Shown here: positions 1 through 16,500 of the stretch, in pieces | Position numbering within the stretch: the stretch's first letter is position 1 | Layout: every line of letters begins with the position of its first letter | Source of the DNA: Strigamia acuminata | Lineage: Eukaryota | NCBI GenBank assembly: GCA_949358305.1 | Contig: OX442314.1 | Coordinates: 16,678,001 to 16,742,000 of the forward strand | Reading direction: 5' to 3' | DNA: 64,000 nt | Translations under genes and position numbers: made by a program | The notes under the pieces: generated by a model | Database searches by the model: none | What the model was told of the DNA's origin: nothing | Seen by the model: the letters and a program-made list of their open reading frames with translations, nothing else

Positions 1-79
1 GAATTAACAATTTAAATCGACCCGAATCCATTATATACTGAGAAAACAATTGACAAAAATCATCATAAATTTTTCCCGG

Positions 80-3000
80 CTAAATCATTTGCAATTGAAG
101 GTATTTTTTCATGGCTTCGCTGCTGTATCGAGGATCAGGAGTGAGACTCGACTCAAACCTCTTGGTCGGCGTGGCTCCCCACACACACAATGCTTTACGA
201 TTGATCAACGCATACCTAAAAGATAAATAACCTATAGTATACAACTTTATTTAACTCAATTGTGCGTACAAACAACTTACTTTGAGTTTGTCAGGTTTAG
301 AAGAAAATTCCAATAACTGTGTGAAAGACCATCAGGTTGGAATAAACTCTGAGAAAGTGAAAACAATGTTTAAAATTACTAGGCTCTGACGTCTTAAAAG
401 CTAAGATTACCACATGGAACATGCTCGCGGTTAACGCTGCATATAGAATATCCAGAGAATAAGGTATGACTGGTATGTGACCATTTTTTATCCCAATTGA
501 GCACAGGAGCTATTAACAATCAATTAATTATTCAAAACTGTTTGGCTTAATAAAATTACTAACTTCGATCATCTTCCAGAAGCTGTACGATGCTAATGCA
601 GGCGATGGAAACAGTAACATTGACCAACCAGCTACAAATCCAGATAGAAGACCATTAATGGGTTCATCTGTATTTCTAATCCATCTAAGCAGGCAATTTA
701 AAGACTGCAAATATTTGTTATTTTGACAACCAAAACTTCTAGTGCCAAGTCTACCCTTCGCAACTTAACTTACCCTACAGAAGAGAGTAAAACTTCCCAA
801 AAATAATCCAAATTTCACATTTTGGCTAGACAGAAGATATAAAACTAACACTTGTGGGTACTTTATTGTTAGTTTAAATGATGATATTGCTTTTAATAGG
901 ACTTTACCAATGTATCCGACGAAAAATGGGCGTAAAAATCCCTAGAAATATATAGAGAAATGTAGAATTTTGCACTGGTAATCTACAGTCGTATAATAAC
1001 AAACCGTGATGCAATAGTGCACGCATCCTTTTTCATGAACACAACATTTGTGTTTAGGCCCAAACTGAATTGAATCTATAAGATAATTTATATAAAATAA
1101 AGTAAAATGAAAAACGTTAAATTAAACAAGTTACCTAATATTTTTTTGTACGTGTTAAGTACTGAAGGTTTGTTCAGTTGATTTTCATGATTTTTCTTAG
1201 CATCATTTGGATAATTTTTACTCGGTGATCCACCTTCGCCCGGTCCAACGAGAAACCTGAAAAAAAGCGAAAATGTTATATATACCACAAAATTCATACA
1301 TTTCGATATTTCCCACGAAACAATAAGAAACTTATCAGATTTGGCTTTATATTCAAATTAAAAATTAAATTCAGTATTGCAACAACAAATAAATGGAATT
1401 ACTTCCCCATCATTGTGTGTCAAAAAATGTTTGCAGGAAATTTTAAAACGAAATACAGTACTGCTGTACTTGAATTCACCTCTCACGAATAGGATGGAAA
1501 CAACCAAAATAAATATGTTTTATTTTTTATTTATTTATTTACAAAATAATTTCGCATTTGGAGCCCACTTGCCCTTTACCTACCGTAACTACACTAAATT
1601 ACCAAAAAAATTACCGAAATAATCGTTCAAAATATTGTTAGTATAAAAAATAGTAGTTAATTTTACTTATGGTATGTACTGATATCATTGTTATTGTGGC
1701 GCTGTGTATTGTTGCGTATGACAACAGCTGTTCGCCTTTGTATTGTACCAGAGATGGAGTAGATACTAAACTTGTATATTCCTTTAATCCTAATCTCATA
1801 TCTCTTACTCCTGATACAACAAATATTTCAAAAATAAATTAAATTTTAGAAAATAATATGATAAGTGTTGGGAATGATCAAATTATTCAAAATTTTAAAA
1901 AGCACAGTCTGCTAAAATATACAAAACTGGTAAAAATAATTCCAGTCAGCTGGAGGAGATAACTGTGCTGTCTGATGTTATGTAACAAAATTAAAAATAA
2001 AAACTAACCTTAGAACCATTGTAGTCAAGTCTTTGGACTGAATTTGTTTCCTGTAATACACATAAAAAGATAAAGTTAGAGAAACTATTATTTTTTTTAA
2101 CTTACTTGTAAAGGTATAAAAAAATAGACATGGTAAAGCTGAATAACCACACCTGTATAATATAAAAACATACATCTTATTTCGTAGTTAAATATGAAAT
2201 TAAAATTTATATGTTTTATTCACAGTTCAACTCACCTCACCATTTGGAATAGGATGAATTAAATTACTATTTTTTGCGATTGAATAAAAAATTTGACTCA
2301 TCTGTAATTAAATTTTACATGACAAAACGAAGAATAGTAACAGTTTTCCTAACGTTTGGTACAATTTAACTTACAGTATTAAGCATGTACACTGTAAGAG
2401 CCTTTTTCCTGAATAAAAAGTAAAATAGAAAAAGCCGTTAGTTATTTAGGTACGTATTTATTTACTGCGTTTAATCTTTATCTGTTTTGGCAATTTATGC
2501 AATTTTTTTTCCATAAAAACTGTTTCGTGTTCATTCAAACACAGTGTTGGTTTTAATTATTACTTTTTTTATTCATTAACTAATTAATTTATATATATAT
2601 AATCACAAAAAATCGCCAGTGTTATTTGCCAAGAGAGTTTAAAAATCAATTTGAATCCAAAATACGGTAGTCTAGTGATTTTCCGAATTTAGTTCCATAC
2701 CTTGCTTCTCGTTCAAACTGGATAGCTGTAATGCTTGCTAAAAAAGATGGTACAAATGAAATTGTCCAAGGATAAAAGTTTTTCAAGAGCCATCTACATC
2801 CACAAGTACAAAATCCACAGTTTAATCTAATTTATATTTTATGGGAGCTATACAATTTTGAGCATACCTGAACAGACATATGCAGCTAATAAATACACTT
2901 CCATTCCACGTCAAAAAACAAGAAGAACGAAGTATGTCCTTGGCAATTTTTGGCCATTTTTGAGGATTGAATAATTTTCCTTGAATTAGTGAACTCAACT

Positions 3001-3635
3001 AAAATAAAAAAAGAAAGAAACATTTAATGACATAATAACCAGAAATTATAAAAATGTGAATAAACATTTTTCATTTCTTCAACAACAAACAGGAAAAATA
3101 TAAATAAATAAATAAATTAAAAAAATTAAAAAAAAAAAAAAAAAAAAAAAAACCTTTTCGATCTAACCATGCTTGTTCTACTTTACAAATAAACTTTTAA
3201 GGAGTCAATACCCTGCCCTACATTAAATTCACGAGGGCAATTTTGATTCCACAAGAACAACATTAATTTCGATATTAATAATTTACAGATCAAATCAATT
3301 TAAAAGAAATAAATTTAAAATAAATCTGCTGTTGAAACATTACTTCCGAGTTTTGATGTATGCTAACTTATAATTGCCAATCACCAATCTACAATATTAA
3401 AAATATTAATTATGTTACGTAAAAAATGAGGAAAATTAATTCGCAATTTACACGTTTAACTGTAAAATTTTTCATTCAAACTTACCAAATACAACGAGGA
3501 ATATATTTTGAGGGAATTCTTAAAATTCCCGAAAGCTAGATCTATCAACACTCGTGAACATTGTGGATGCCACGGATGAATAACATCATAACAATTAAAT
3601 TCTAAGGGTGTTAATGGTTTGCTCAAAACGACCAT
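80..3635 (-). CDS. TMEM135: Transmembrane protein 135 (multi-exon)
   Basis: Exon 1 (3635-3486) reads MVVLSKPLTPLEFNCYDVIHPWHPQCSRVLIDLAFGNFKNSLKIYSSLYL, matching the TMEM135 N-terminus (NCYE..H.WHP.C...SLKIY..LYL). Later GT-AG exons give ..ILRSSCFLTWNG.., ..ALTVYMLN.., ..RFLVG.. and ..SLNCLLRWIRNTDEPINGLLSGFVAGWSM... The last exon ends ..KKYLQLQMI* at TAG 82-80. Confidence 0.9.
1692..1820 (-). ncRNA. Candidate box H/ACA snoRNA in a TMEM135 intron
   Basis: On the host-sense strand: hairpin 1 (10-bp basal stem GUUGUAUCAG/CUGGUACAAU plus upper stems), H-box-like AUACAA, hairpin 2 (GGCG/CGCC base, UGUUG/CAACA top), then ACA plus 3 nt. About 129 nt, inside an unusually long intron. No target identified. 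Confidence 0.4.
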
Positions 3636-4075
3636 CTTGATACACTAAATAAATATAATCCAGACGCGTCCAGAAGTACCAGAATTGAGTATAAAACAAA
3701 ATAGATCAGGAATGATAAGTCCGTAGCTTAGCGGCAGACGCCATCTTCTGAAATGGTCTGCTTCTCAGCTGTTTTGTTCGTTCGTCGATATCGTTCAACG
3801 TCATAACTGTGAAAACCACGTTGCTTTACGATTTGGGAAGATAATTTTATTTATCTGGCAATTCTTTCTATGGAAATCTTATCAACGCATTGATACTAAT
3901 AAGTTTATATAAACAATGAAATTACAATTGCACTCTGTGTTGCAGAATTTCAATGCTTGAGCTTCCCAAATCCAATTTTTAACTAAGACGGTATTAGTAA
4001 ATAGATATAGTTTTAACATAATTTACTTCATCTCACTTCTCTCAATTGATTTAAATATTAATAAAAAAAAATACA
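3636..4075. promoter_or_regulatory. Bidirectional promoter between head-to-head TMEM135 and CLPTM1L
   Basis: Divergent ATGs only 440 nt apart; YY1/Pho-like CGCCATCTT at 3739-3747. Confidence 0.6.
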
Positions 4076-6602
4076 ATGAAGCCAAGTTGGGGAATCTTAT
4101 GTTTTTTGGTATTTATTGCTTATGTTTTAAACTCCGTGTGGACTTTATATCAATTGTGGAGGGTTCCTCCATGCGTTGACGATTATTGCCTCGTATCTTC
4201 TCTGAAAAATAGTGAAAAGTTTAAGGTAAAAACAGTAAACTAAAACCATTTGGGATTTTAACAATCTTTTTCTTTCTTGTAGTTGCATTTTTATCAATCT
4301 CCAACGCGAAATCCAAGAAGAATAGAAGATTTACATGAAGTATATATGTGGGATAATTTTGAATATAACATTCCTCAAGAGCGGTATATAAACTTCTCAT
4401 TATGCATGAGTTTCAACACAATTTTACACGTTTTACACTGAATCATGCGCTGGATTTTTGGCGTTATGGGTGTAAAAAACATCTGAATTATTTTCTAGGT
4501 CAATTAATGTATCCATGTTAAATGAGGCTGTGACTAACAAGACGGTGTATCTACATATTGTGATGGTTCCGCAACACGCTCCAGTTAAAAGTCCAATAAC
4601 TTTGATAAAAAGTCAACTAGCAGCAACATCAGTTGGAACTTTAGTAACCTATATGATTCCAGAGAAAAAAGCCTTTAACATTTTGAATTCAGAAGTTAAG
4701 GTAGTAATTATAAAGATCACATTATGAATTGCATCTCAAACATTGTCATTAAATTTTTGTATTTTTTCAAAAGGCTTCAAAAAAAAATAAGATCGCCAAA
4801 CATCCTACTGCACATTGGCGAACCAAAGTGATATTCGAAATTATAACGGACACCTCATCTTTACCGAGCAGGAATGTGCCTCGTGAATTGATTAAATTTA
4901 TTCGGTGAAATCAGAGATGAAATGTATATTTTTAATTAACGAGTTATCTTAAATAATTTTCTGTAATTAAAGGATGGCTCCGAGGAACGAATATTTGCCA
5001 ATTTTATTCATAAATAAAATGAAATATCGAATAACAGATTTACAGGTAAAATTCAGAAATGACTACCATAATCAATAATCATTTTTAACGCATTGCTCAC
5101 TTGTATTTGCAGCCGATTAACAACAGCGATACTTCGAAAGAGTTATTACTTATGTACAATCCTACAAGTTTTGGAATGTTGAGGCTCCTAGTGCAATTAG
5201 AAGGTGCAATGGCTACCATGAAAAACCTAGGTAATTGAAAATTTCTTCGCATTATTAACTTGTTTTAATATTTTTCTGCTTATTTTAGGATTTTTAGAAA
5301 AAGACATCGACGAAGTCAAAGGCATTTTCACTGATACCAATTTCTATCTCTTGTGCGCTACATTCGTAATTGCTGCATTTCATGTACGCACACATTTTTT
5401 CATAAATCGCATTTGTTTGATTTTTCTGTTTAATTCTAGTTGATGTTTGATTTCCTTGCATTTAAAAACGACATTGCATTTTGGAAGCGCAAAAAAACGA
5501 TGGTAGGCGTGTCGTTTCGCACAGTTTCATGGCGGTGCATCAGTCAAATCATCATTTTTCTTCATTTATGGGATGAAGAAGCTAGTAGATTAATATTGAT
5601 TCCAGCATTTATAGGCAGTTTCATCGAGGTATTTATGAAGTTTGCAAACAGGTTTATTTCTATTATTTTATTTAACCTAGATGGGTTTTGGTACCTTCAG
5701 GTCTGGAAAGTTTTGAAAGCATCAAAAATTAGCATTTGTTGGAGTTTCCCTTTGCCTAAACTGTTGGTATGAACTTTTCAGTATCACCCTTTAATTTATC
5801 AACCATTTTTAGTATTAATTTTCATCTCTATAGTTCGGGACCACAAATGATGCAGAAAAGAAGAGTGAAGAATTCGATGCCGAGGTTTTATTTACAGTAT
5901 AGCTAAATGAAATTGCCATAATCCTTTTTTTTTTCAATTTTAGGTGATGAAACATCTGCGCTATTTCGTTTACCCACTTTGTCTAGGTGGTGCTGTTTAT
6001 TCATTAGTGTATGTCGAACATAAAAGGTAAAAAATAATTTAAAAAAAAAATTTTAATCTATTGCTAAATTTAAAAAAATAAATAATTATTGCAGTCTGTT
6101 TTCATGGTGCCTTCAAAGTTTAGTGAACGGTAAGCAAGTGTTTGACATCGAAAATGTGTTTTTTAACTCCTAAAATAATTCCAGGTGTTTATGCTTTCGG
6201 CTTTCTCTTGATGTTACCTCAACTTTTCCTCAATTACAAACTAAAATCCGTAGCACATTTACCTTGGAAAGTATTCATGTACAAGGTAAGAGAAAAGACA
6301 AAAAAAAAATTCTCAATTTAACCGAAAAAAAAAAACTCTTTATTTCAGGCATTTAATACCTTCATAGATGACGTATTTGCATTTATCATTACTATGCCAA
6401 CCGCTCACCGAATTGCTTGTTTCCGCGACGATATAGTATTTTTGATATATTTATACCAGCGATGGTAAAACGACCCGAAAAAAAAAATCTAAGACGTAAA
6501 CCAAATTAATTTCCGTTTCCTTTGGCCAGGTTATACCCGGTGGACAAAACACGTGAAAATGAATACGGAGAAAACTTCACCGAAGAGAAAAAACAGCAAT
6601 AA
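4076..6602 (+). CDS. CLPTM1L: CLPTM1-like protein (lipid scramblase family), multi-exon
   Basis: Starts [25 protein letters not shown]. Exons encode family motifs [53 protein letters not shown] and [52 protein letters not shown]. Stop TAA at 6600-6602. Confidence 0.95.
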
Positions 6603-7797
6603 CACAAATTTATCATAAAAATTGTTGCCATATAAAACATTGAGAACGTCCTAAACAAACGTCCACATGGAATCTGAATTAATTTTTACCTAGTCTATCT
6701 TTCACTGTTTCCGTTATGCAACTTTTAAAAAATAAACCAACTGTTAAAACCATACAACATTTAACGTTCTTCCATTTTTAATACAATTTAAGCACCACTT
6801 AATTTATGTTTTTTTTTTCTTTATTTTTCTACACCTTGTTTTAACATAGCAAATTATAAAACAAGCATGCACAAAAACTGAATACCTGATAAATTCAGAA
6901 TGCTTGCGATGGTATCGAATTTACAAAAACAGAAAAAATTTGTTTCTTCATAAATTCCATTTGATGGGTTAAGGACGGAACATTAACCAGTGCAAACTGA
7001 CCAATGAAGAACACATCAAAAAATAGAGAACATCGGGATACGAAAAGATTTGTGGTAGAATCTGGATGTTTTTATAACTTGATACAACTCAAAAAGTCAT
7101 TAACCTGTAAATTTCGGGGAAAGTAAAAATGAATTGGGCAACAATGACAATTACACAAATGCAGTTACACCACCAGAATCCACTAGGCTCTAAAGAGATA
7201 CAGTTTGAGTCCAGCAGCAGTTTTCATTCAGCCAACAATTCTTTTCAGGTTAATTTTTTCCCTTTTCTAACATTCTTTTTTTTTTTTTTTTAAAAACAAC
7301 GTTAGCGAATTCTAATTTCTTTGTTTTAAAACTACACAGTAAAAAAATGGTGCGGTTTTGCGTTACTTATACAAGTATCTATTGCAGTCATACTACACGC
7401 GAAGACAAATGTTTTAATGCCCCGGCTGATGAAACTTGACAATACTCTACTGAAACAAGTTACAACTTCAATGATCTACACTTGATCAAAAAAAAAGTAA
7501 TTTAAAAAAAGTAAAAAACAAAAATCCAGACAAATGAATCAAGAAAAGATTTCCAAAGTTGTATATCGGACAAAACTGCATACATGTAAAAAGCCTAGAG
7601 ATCCAGAAACTGGGGATAGTACATCTTAATTTAACAGAAATGTGAAATTTTTTTTTTTTTTATGTTTTTTTTTTTTTGTTTTTTTTGTTTTTAAATCTTG
7701 GAGCATTTTGAAGATTGCCTGTCTACTTTTCGAGTACAGTAAAATTGATGGGATTGGATTAGTTAAGAATAATTATACGACGAATAGGACAAGCTAT

Positions 7798-10978
<3,181 letters not shown>

Positions 10979-11061
10979 GTTGAAGTTTCTAGTCGGGTAG
11001 AAAGAATACGAGAATTATTCGCTGCTATTCCAATATAATTTCAATGCAACAAGACCCAACG

Positions 11062-11071
11062 AAAATGGCGG
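11062..11071 (+). promoter_or_regulatory. YY1/Pho-like motif near the 14-3-3 zeta 5' end
   Basis: AAAATGGCGG about 85 nt upstream of the 14-3-3 ATG. Confidence 0.4.
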
Positions 11072-12545
11072 CTGTGAAGACCGACTCACATATGCACACC
11101 CAGTTGTAATCTTACACCGCCATGCTCCAACGTTCTTATTTTATAGTACTAATATATCTAATTACCTAGTTAAACGGGGTTACTTAAAGAATTTAGAAGG
11201 CTCGTGTCTGATTTAAGGTCTTCAACGATGTAAAAATTGTGTTAGATACAAAACTGCACTTACTCGTGTGTGAGGCAGTTGCACAGATTCCTTAATCTGT
11301 CTACGGGGTTCAGTGCAATGACTGGAGAGAGATGACGTCATCGATTGCCAAGTTTAGCAGCAAGGTTCGTGAAAGAACACTCATCATCAGAAAATTTTTC
11401 ACGACCATATTATAATGGAACCGGTCGCCAACGTGACGCCAGATATGCTGGTCTATGTAATCCCGGTTGAGTCATTAATTCGTTATCATTTTGATGTCAT
11501 CGACGATTCATCGACCGAGATAGTGAAAACAGAAGAAAATAATTTGAATTTATGCAAACGAATGAATTTCCATGACATGAAATTGATTTTAAAAAAATTT
11601 AAAAAAATATAAATATTAATATTATTATTATTTTTTTTTTAATTTAGAAATAAATACACTTTTAATAAATTTTTTTGAAATGAAAAGATACGTTAAAGAC
11701 CAAAAAAAAATATTTTTTTTATCAAGGAAAGGAAATAGGCACTTGAATTTTCTAGAATGTAGATCCATCCAATCTTTTGGTACCATAAAAGGAAAAAATA
11801 ATTTAACAAATTTCTCGTTTGGTGAAACAAAATAATCAATCTTTTCGAAATGGCCGGGAATTATTGTTCCATAAAATAGCAAAATTAAAAAAATTCGATA
11901 TTTATTTCTGAGATTACCATATTTAAAAATATGCACAGCGTGTATATCTCAATACGATAGCGTACTCTTGTGACAAAATAAGTAACATTATTAAGATTTC
12001 ACAATCGTAACAAAAGGTGGAGCCATCAGTTCACAGATCTGTATTCAGAAAAAATGCAAGGAAAAATATACCCTAGCGTTGACAATATTTTAATTTAATA
12101 ACCTAAAATGTAAAAATTAAAAAAAAAAAAAAAAAAACGAAACAAAAAATTACTTTCTGCAAGACAATGTCAATTTACGGTGTTATCAGACCTGACAGTG
12201 AATATTTATTTCTCAATCTCCCGCTTTTAATCTTCTCTTCATTACACGCTGTTTACAAAGGGATCACAAACATTTAATGCTTCAACTAACAGTTCTAATT
12301 AGAAAGTTTTTTTTTTTTAATCAAGCACTGCAGGATATTTCTGTTATAATTAATTTGAAAAGAAAAAAGAAAATCTGCTCAGGAAATGGAACTTTGATGA
12401 TTTCGTTGTTTACGAAGCTAAGATGTCAGTATTGGTTTAAGAAAACTCTTCTTTCCCGAGCTCAGAGCATTATGTTCGAGCCCACAGAAGTAAAAACAAT
12501 AAACAAATGAACAAAAAATAAAAAATAAAAAATAAAAAATAAATC

Positions 12546-13101
12546 TGTCACGGGTGTGTTCTTCCACTTCTCAAAATTTTTCTATTTCTTTCATTCTTTT
12601 CCTACTTTTAATTTACGCACGCGAGTCTATTCACAAGATAGTTTGAATTGTTTAAATTCTTTCACCCCTTCTTCCTTCGATCGATCGATTCGACACTTCG
12701 CGACTGAGCTATCGCCACGTCCACAAGTCATCTATTTATTATTTTCGCTACCGTTTTCTTCACCCGATCACGGAGTTTTCAACTGGACTCTAACCGCGGT
12801 CTCCATTATTTCTAACTGTGCTCGCGACTTTTCATCTTTTTATTCACCCAGTAACGTCCAACGCCCCTTACGTTTTGTGAACCATCTGGATTTAATTTAT
12901 TTACAACTGATTGATAATTATGAATTGATAATGAAATGATTTTCTGTACACTAACAAGTAAGCTGGAATTGCCGAATGACCGACATCTCAATTGTGAGCT
13001 GATGGTCATCTTTAAAGGCAATTCCACGAACCTGCGCATGCGCATCGACTCAGCGCGCGAATTTGTCGCATCTTAGGATTTTAAACCCGAGGATGGTTAC
13101 A
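12546..13101 (+). mobile_element. Solo LTR (Gypsy-type), 556 bp
   Basis: TGTCACGGG...GTTACA termini with a 4-bp TSD AATC (12542-12545 and 13102-13105). The first 9 nt are the same as the Gypsy LTR at 43187. Confidence 0.75.
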
Positions 13102-13557
13102 AATCTTTGCCGCAATCCATACGAACTTAAAATTTAAAATTCATATTTTTATTACCAGGGAAAAGGAACTTTTTCACCAAGTTCCAACGAGCCAATCCTC
13201 TCATAAAAATTACTCGTATATAAATCATACAACATAAGTTAATATTTGTAAAAGCATGAAATTTAGCACACACAAAAAAAAACAATTTATTATCTTGTCA
13301 AATTGAGTGTTCAATAGAATCGTGAGTTTTTTTTCCCATTTTCATAATGAAAAGACAATACAATGTTGATTTAATGTGAATAGTTTCTAATTACATAAAT
13401 TGCCGATGCACTTAGAAAATTAATACAGCTTAAGTTCTTATTATAGATTAATAAATAATTTATGAATTTTATTGGGTTTTATAAGAGCAAAAGTACCGAA
13501 TAGCCTAACCATCTGTGTGACACAACGACGCAACATCACATCTCACTTGGTGCAGCA

Positions 13558-16500
13558 ATGGTGAATAATATTTCAAGTTTTCCACATGATTTGTTTATAG
13601 ATTGTCAACTTAAGTTTGAGAGCATCAGTAAATGAATTAAGTTCAGACAATTTATTTCCACGTTTTATGATTACACGTCTCCGTCTAATTTTACGATCTA
13701 ATTCGTTTTCTTAATTTACAGTATGGTTTTGTTCACTGTTGTCTCGAAGACTTGGTGCTCAAGCTGTTCGGAGAAGAAAAATGGCAAGAGATTCTGTAAG
13801 TCTGTTGTTGATAATAAAATGGAATGCGTTTGGATTAAAGTTGAGCCCTAATTTCACAAATTTGCATAGGAATTTTTAATTTCATGTAAATATTGACATC
13901 AATTTCCATCCTCTAGTTTAAAAATATTGTGTTTTTCTATGAGTTTAAAATCAATAAATTTTATAGATAAACTATTGCTATATGTTATTATTACCTAGGG
14001 AATTCTGTAACTTTACTGACGAAAACGCTTCCTTCATAATCCATCGTGTTTACAAAGATGAAGAGACATTAAAACTTGTAGGAGCTTGCTGCAAAATTCT
14101 TGGTATACTTTCATCAAAGTACCTAAAAAGATATAACACAACTTACTTTCTCTCATTGTTATTTAGGAATAGACTTAAACGCTTGTCTAGAAGCATTTGG
14201 CACTCATTTCTTACACTATTGCCAAGGATCGGGCTATGATCGATTACTTCGAGTACTTGGTGGAAGTCTGGAAGATTTTTTGACAAATTTAGATTACTTG
14301 CACGAGCATTTGGCTTCAATTTATCCTGGAATACACACACCGTCGTTTCGTTGCACCCGTGGCACTGACGGATCTCTTCTGTTGCATTATTACAGCGACC
14401 GTAAAGGATTACAGGTAAGCCTAACGTAAACAGATGTACTCTTAATTAGAGTAGAGATAAATTAGATACGGGTTTTAATTTCGCCGTTTAATGAAGTCTA
14501 TTGTAGTTGGCCTTGTAAAGACCATTGCACTTGAGTTTTTTAATTCGACGGTTACCATTGGCGATTTTGAAGAAGATGAAAACGATGCACACATTATTCT
14601 AAAAATAATTGAAACCAAACAAAATAATGAGGTAAAATCAAAAGAAATGATTAAATTTTATTATTTAATAATTTTATTTTAGGCAGAAGAATCGAAATTA
14701 TTTCGAGAAATAACTGAAAGTGAAAATCCGCGCGACTTGTTCATGAATGTCTCTTCGTTTTGCCAAGCGTTTCCGTTTCACATAGTTTTTACAACCGATT
14801 TTTATGTCACTCAAGTTGGTCAATCATTACAACGAATTCTCAAGCACGTTTGGTCGTCAAAACGAGTCAAGTTCCTCGAATTATTCCTCATTAATCGCCC
14901 TCACATCGACGAATTGACATATTCGGCAATTTTTAAAAACCAAAACGCAACTTTTGTTGTCGTAACATTGGCTGGAATATTAAATTCACAACAACCCAAT
15001 TTATCCATTAAATTGAAAGGTCAAATGGTTCACGTGCCCGAAGCCGATAGCATGATGTTTTTATGCTCCCCCCGAGTATCTGGATTAGATGAAATGCAAG
15101 AACTGGGAATTTACTTGAGCGATTTCAGACTGAATGATTTCACCCGAGATCTTATTTTGATGAAGACAGCCCGTCGTGGTGAACGAGAACTACTAGAGAA
15201 ATTGGAAGAAACAACCAATCAACTTAAAGTTGCTGAAGTTCAATTGAAAAGTGACCAAAGGAAAACAGATGATTTGCTACATTCAATACTCCCACACAAA
15301 GTAATTACCAAGATAAATCATCTTTTCTAAAACTCACCAATTCGCTTTTTAGAAATAGAAATCCAAGAAATGGTTTTGCCGCCATATTAAAAATTGCTTT
15401 CAAATACAATTTTCCAGACTGTCCACTTTAAACGAGACGCAAATGCACTTGCTAAATGCAGATGTTCACTCTTGCGCATGTGTGCGCTCATTTGAGCTTA
15501 TTTGTGCACATGTGGCACTCTTAAGTGCCAGAGTGTCCCACAAGTGGAAAACAATTCCAAAACTACATTGCTTTTCCTCCATTTCGTTTTGTCGTTAACC
15601 CGCTCACAATTGTGCTCTTTATTTACAGGTTGTAGCACGGTTGCGACTCAACTTACCAGTGCCCGCAGAACGATTTGAAACAGTGACATTTCTTTTTTCC
15701 GACATAGTTGGTTTCACTGCAATGTGTTCGCACGAGTTAACCAAACCAATGGACATTGTCCGTGTACTTAATAAAATGTACACACTCTTCGATGTTCTCA
15801 GCACTATGAATTCAGTCTACAAAGTAAACAAAAATAATAAAAAAAAATTAAATGAAAAGATTTACCATTTTATTACTCTTGTTCCACATAAAACAGGTGG
15901 AAACTATTGGAGATGCGTACATGGTCGTAGGTGGAGTGCCAGAGTTTGTCGAAACTCACGCTGATCAAGTGGTGTTTATGGGCCTGGGAATGGTCGCTGC
16001 GATACAACATGTTTTGAGTCCAGTTGACGGACAACCTCTCAAGGTATTTAATTATAATTATGGATTTTAATTATGATTACTCGTCACTCCCATGGTTACT
16101 CGTTACTCCCATGGTTACTCGTTACTCCCATGGTAATTATTTTGAATTCTTCTTGAGATGCGTGTGGGCATTCATACAGGATCAACTCTTGCTGGAGTTG
16201 TAGGTCAACAGATGCCGCGTTATTGTCTGTTTGGTAATGCGGTAACACTCGCTAACAAAATGGAAAGCAACAGTCAACCAGGCAGAATCAATATAAGTCA
16301 GGAATCAATAAAGTAATTTACGACAGCGGTATGAATATTTCAAATTGTATTAAAAAGTAATGTTTCCGTGCACTGATCCATATCCACAGCCATTTAATTA
16401 AAGATGGGTACACATTTGAGGATAATCCGATCGAAAACTTTCCATTGAAGTGTTTCTTTGTCACAAGACCGGGCGAAAACTTTGATCTCAAACTAGAAAG

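Noticed and set aside
1669..1842. 57-aa plus-strand ORF with hydrophobic N-terminus
   Set aside because: Short, antisense within an intron, and no recognisable family; the RNA-structure explanation fits better.
11260..11950. Possible DNA-transposon remnant, and CRE site TGACGTCA at 11333
   Set aside because: No matching TIR pair or TSD found; a single 8-mer is not enough evidence.
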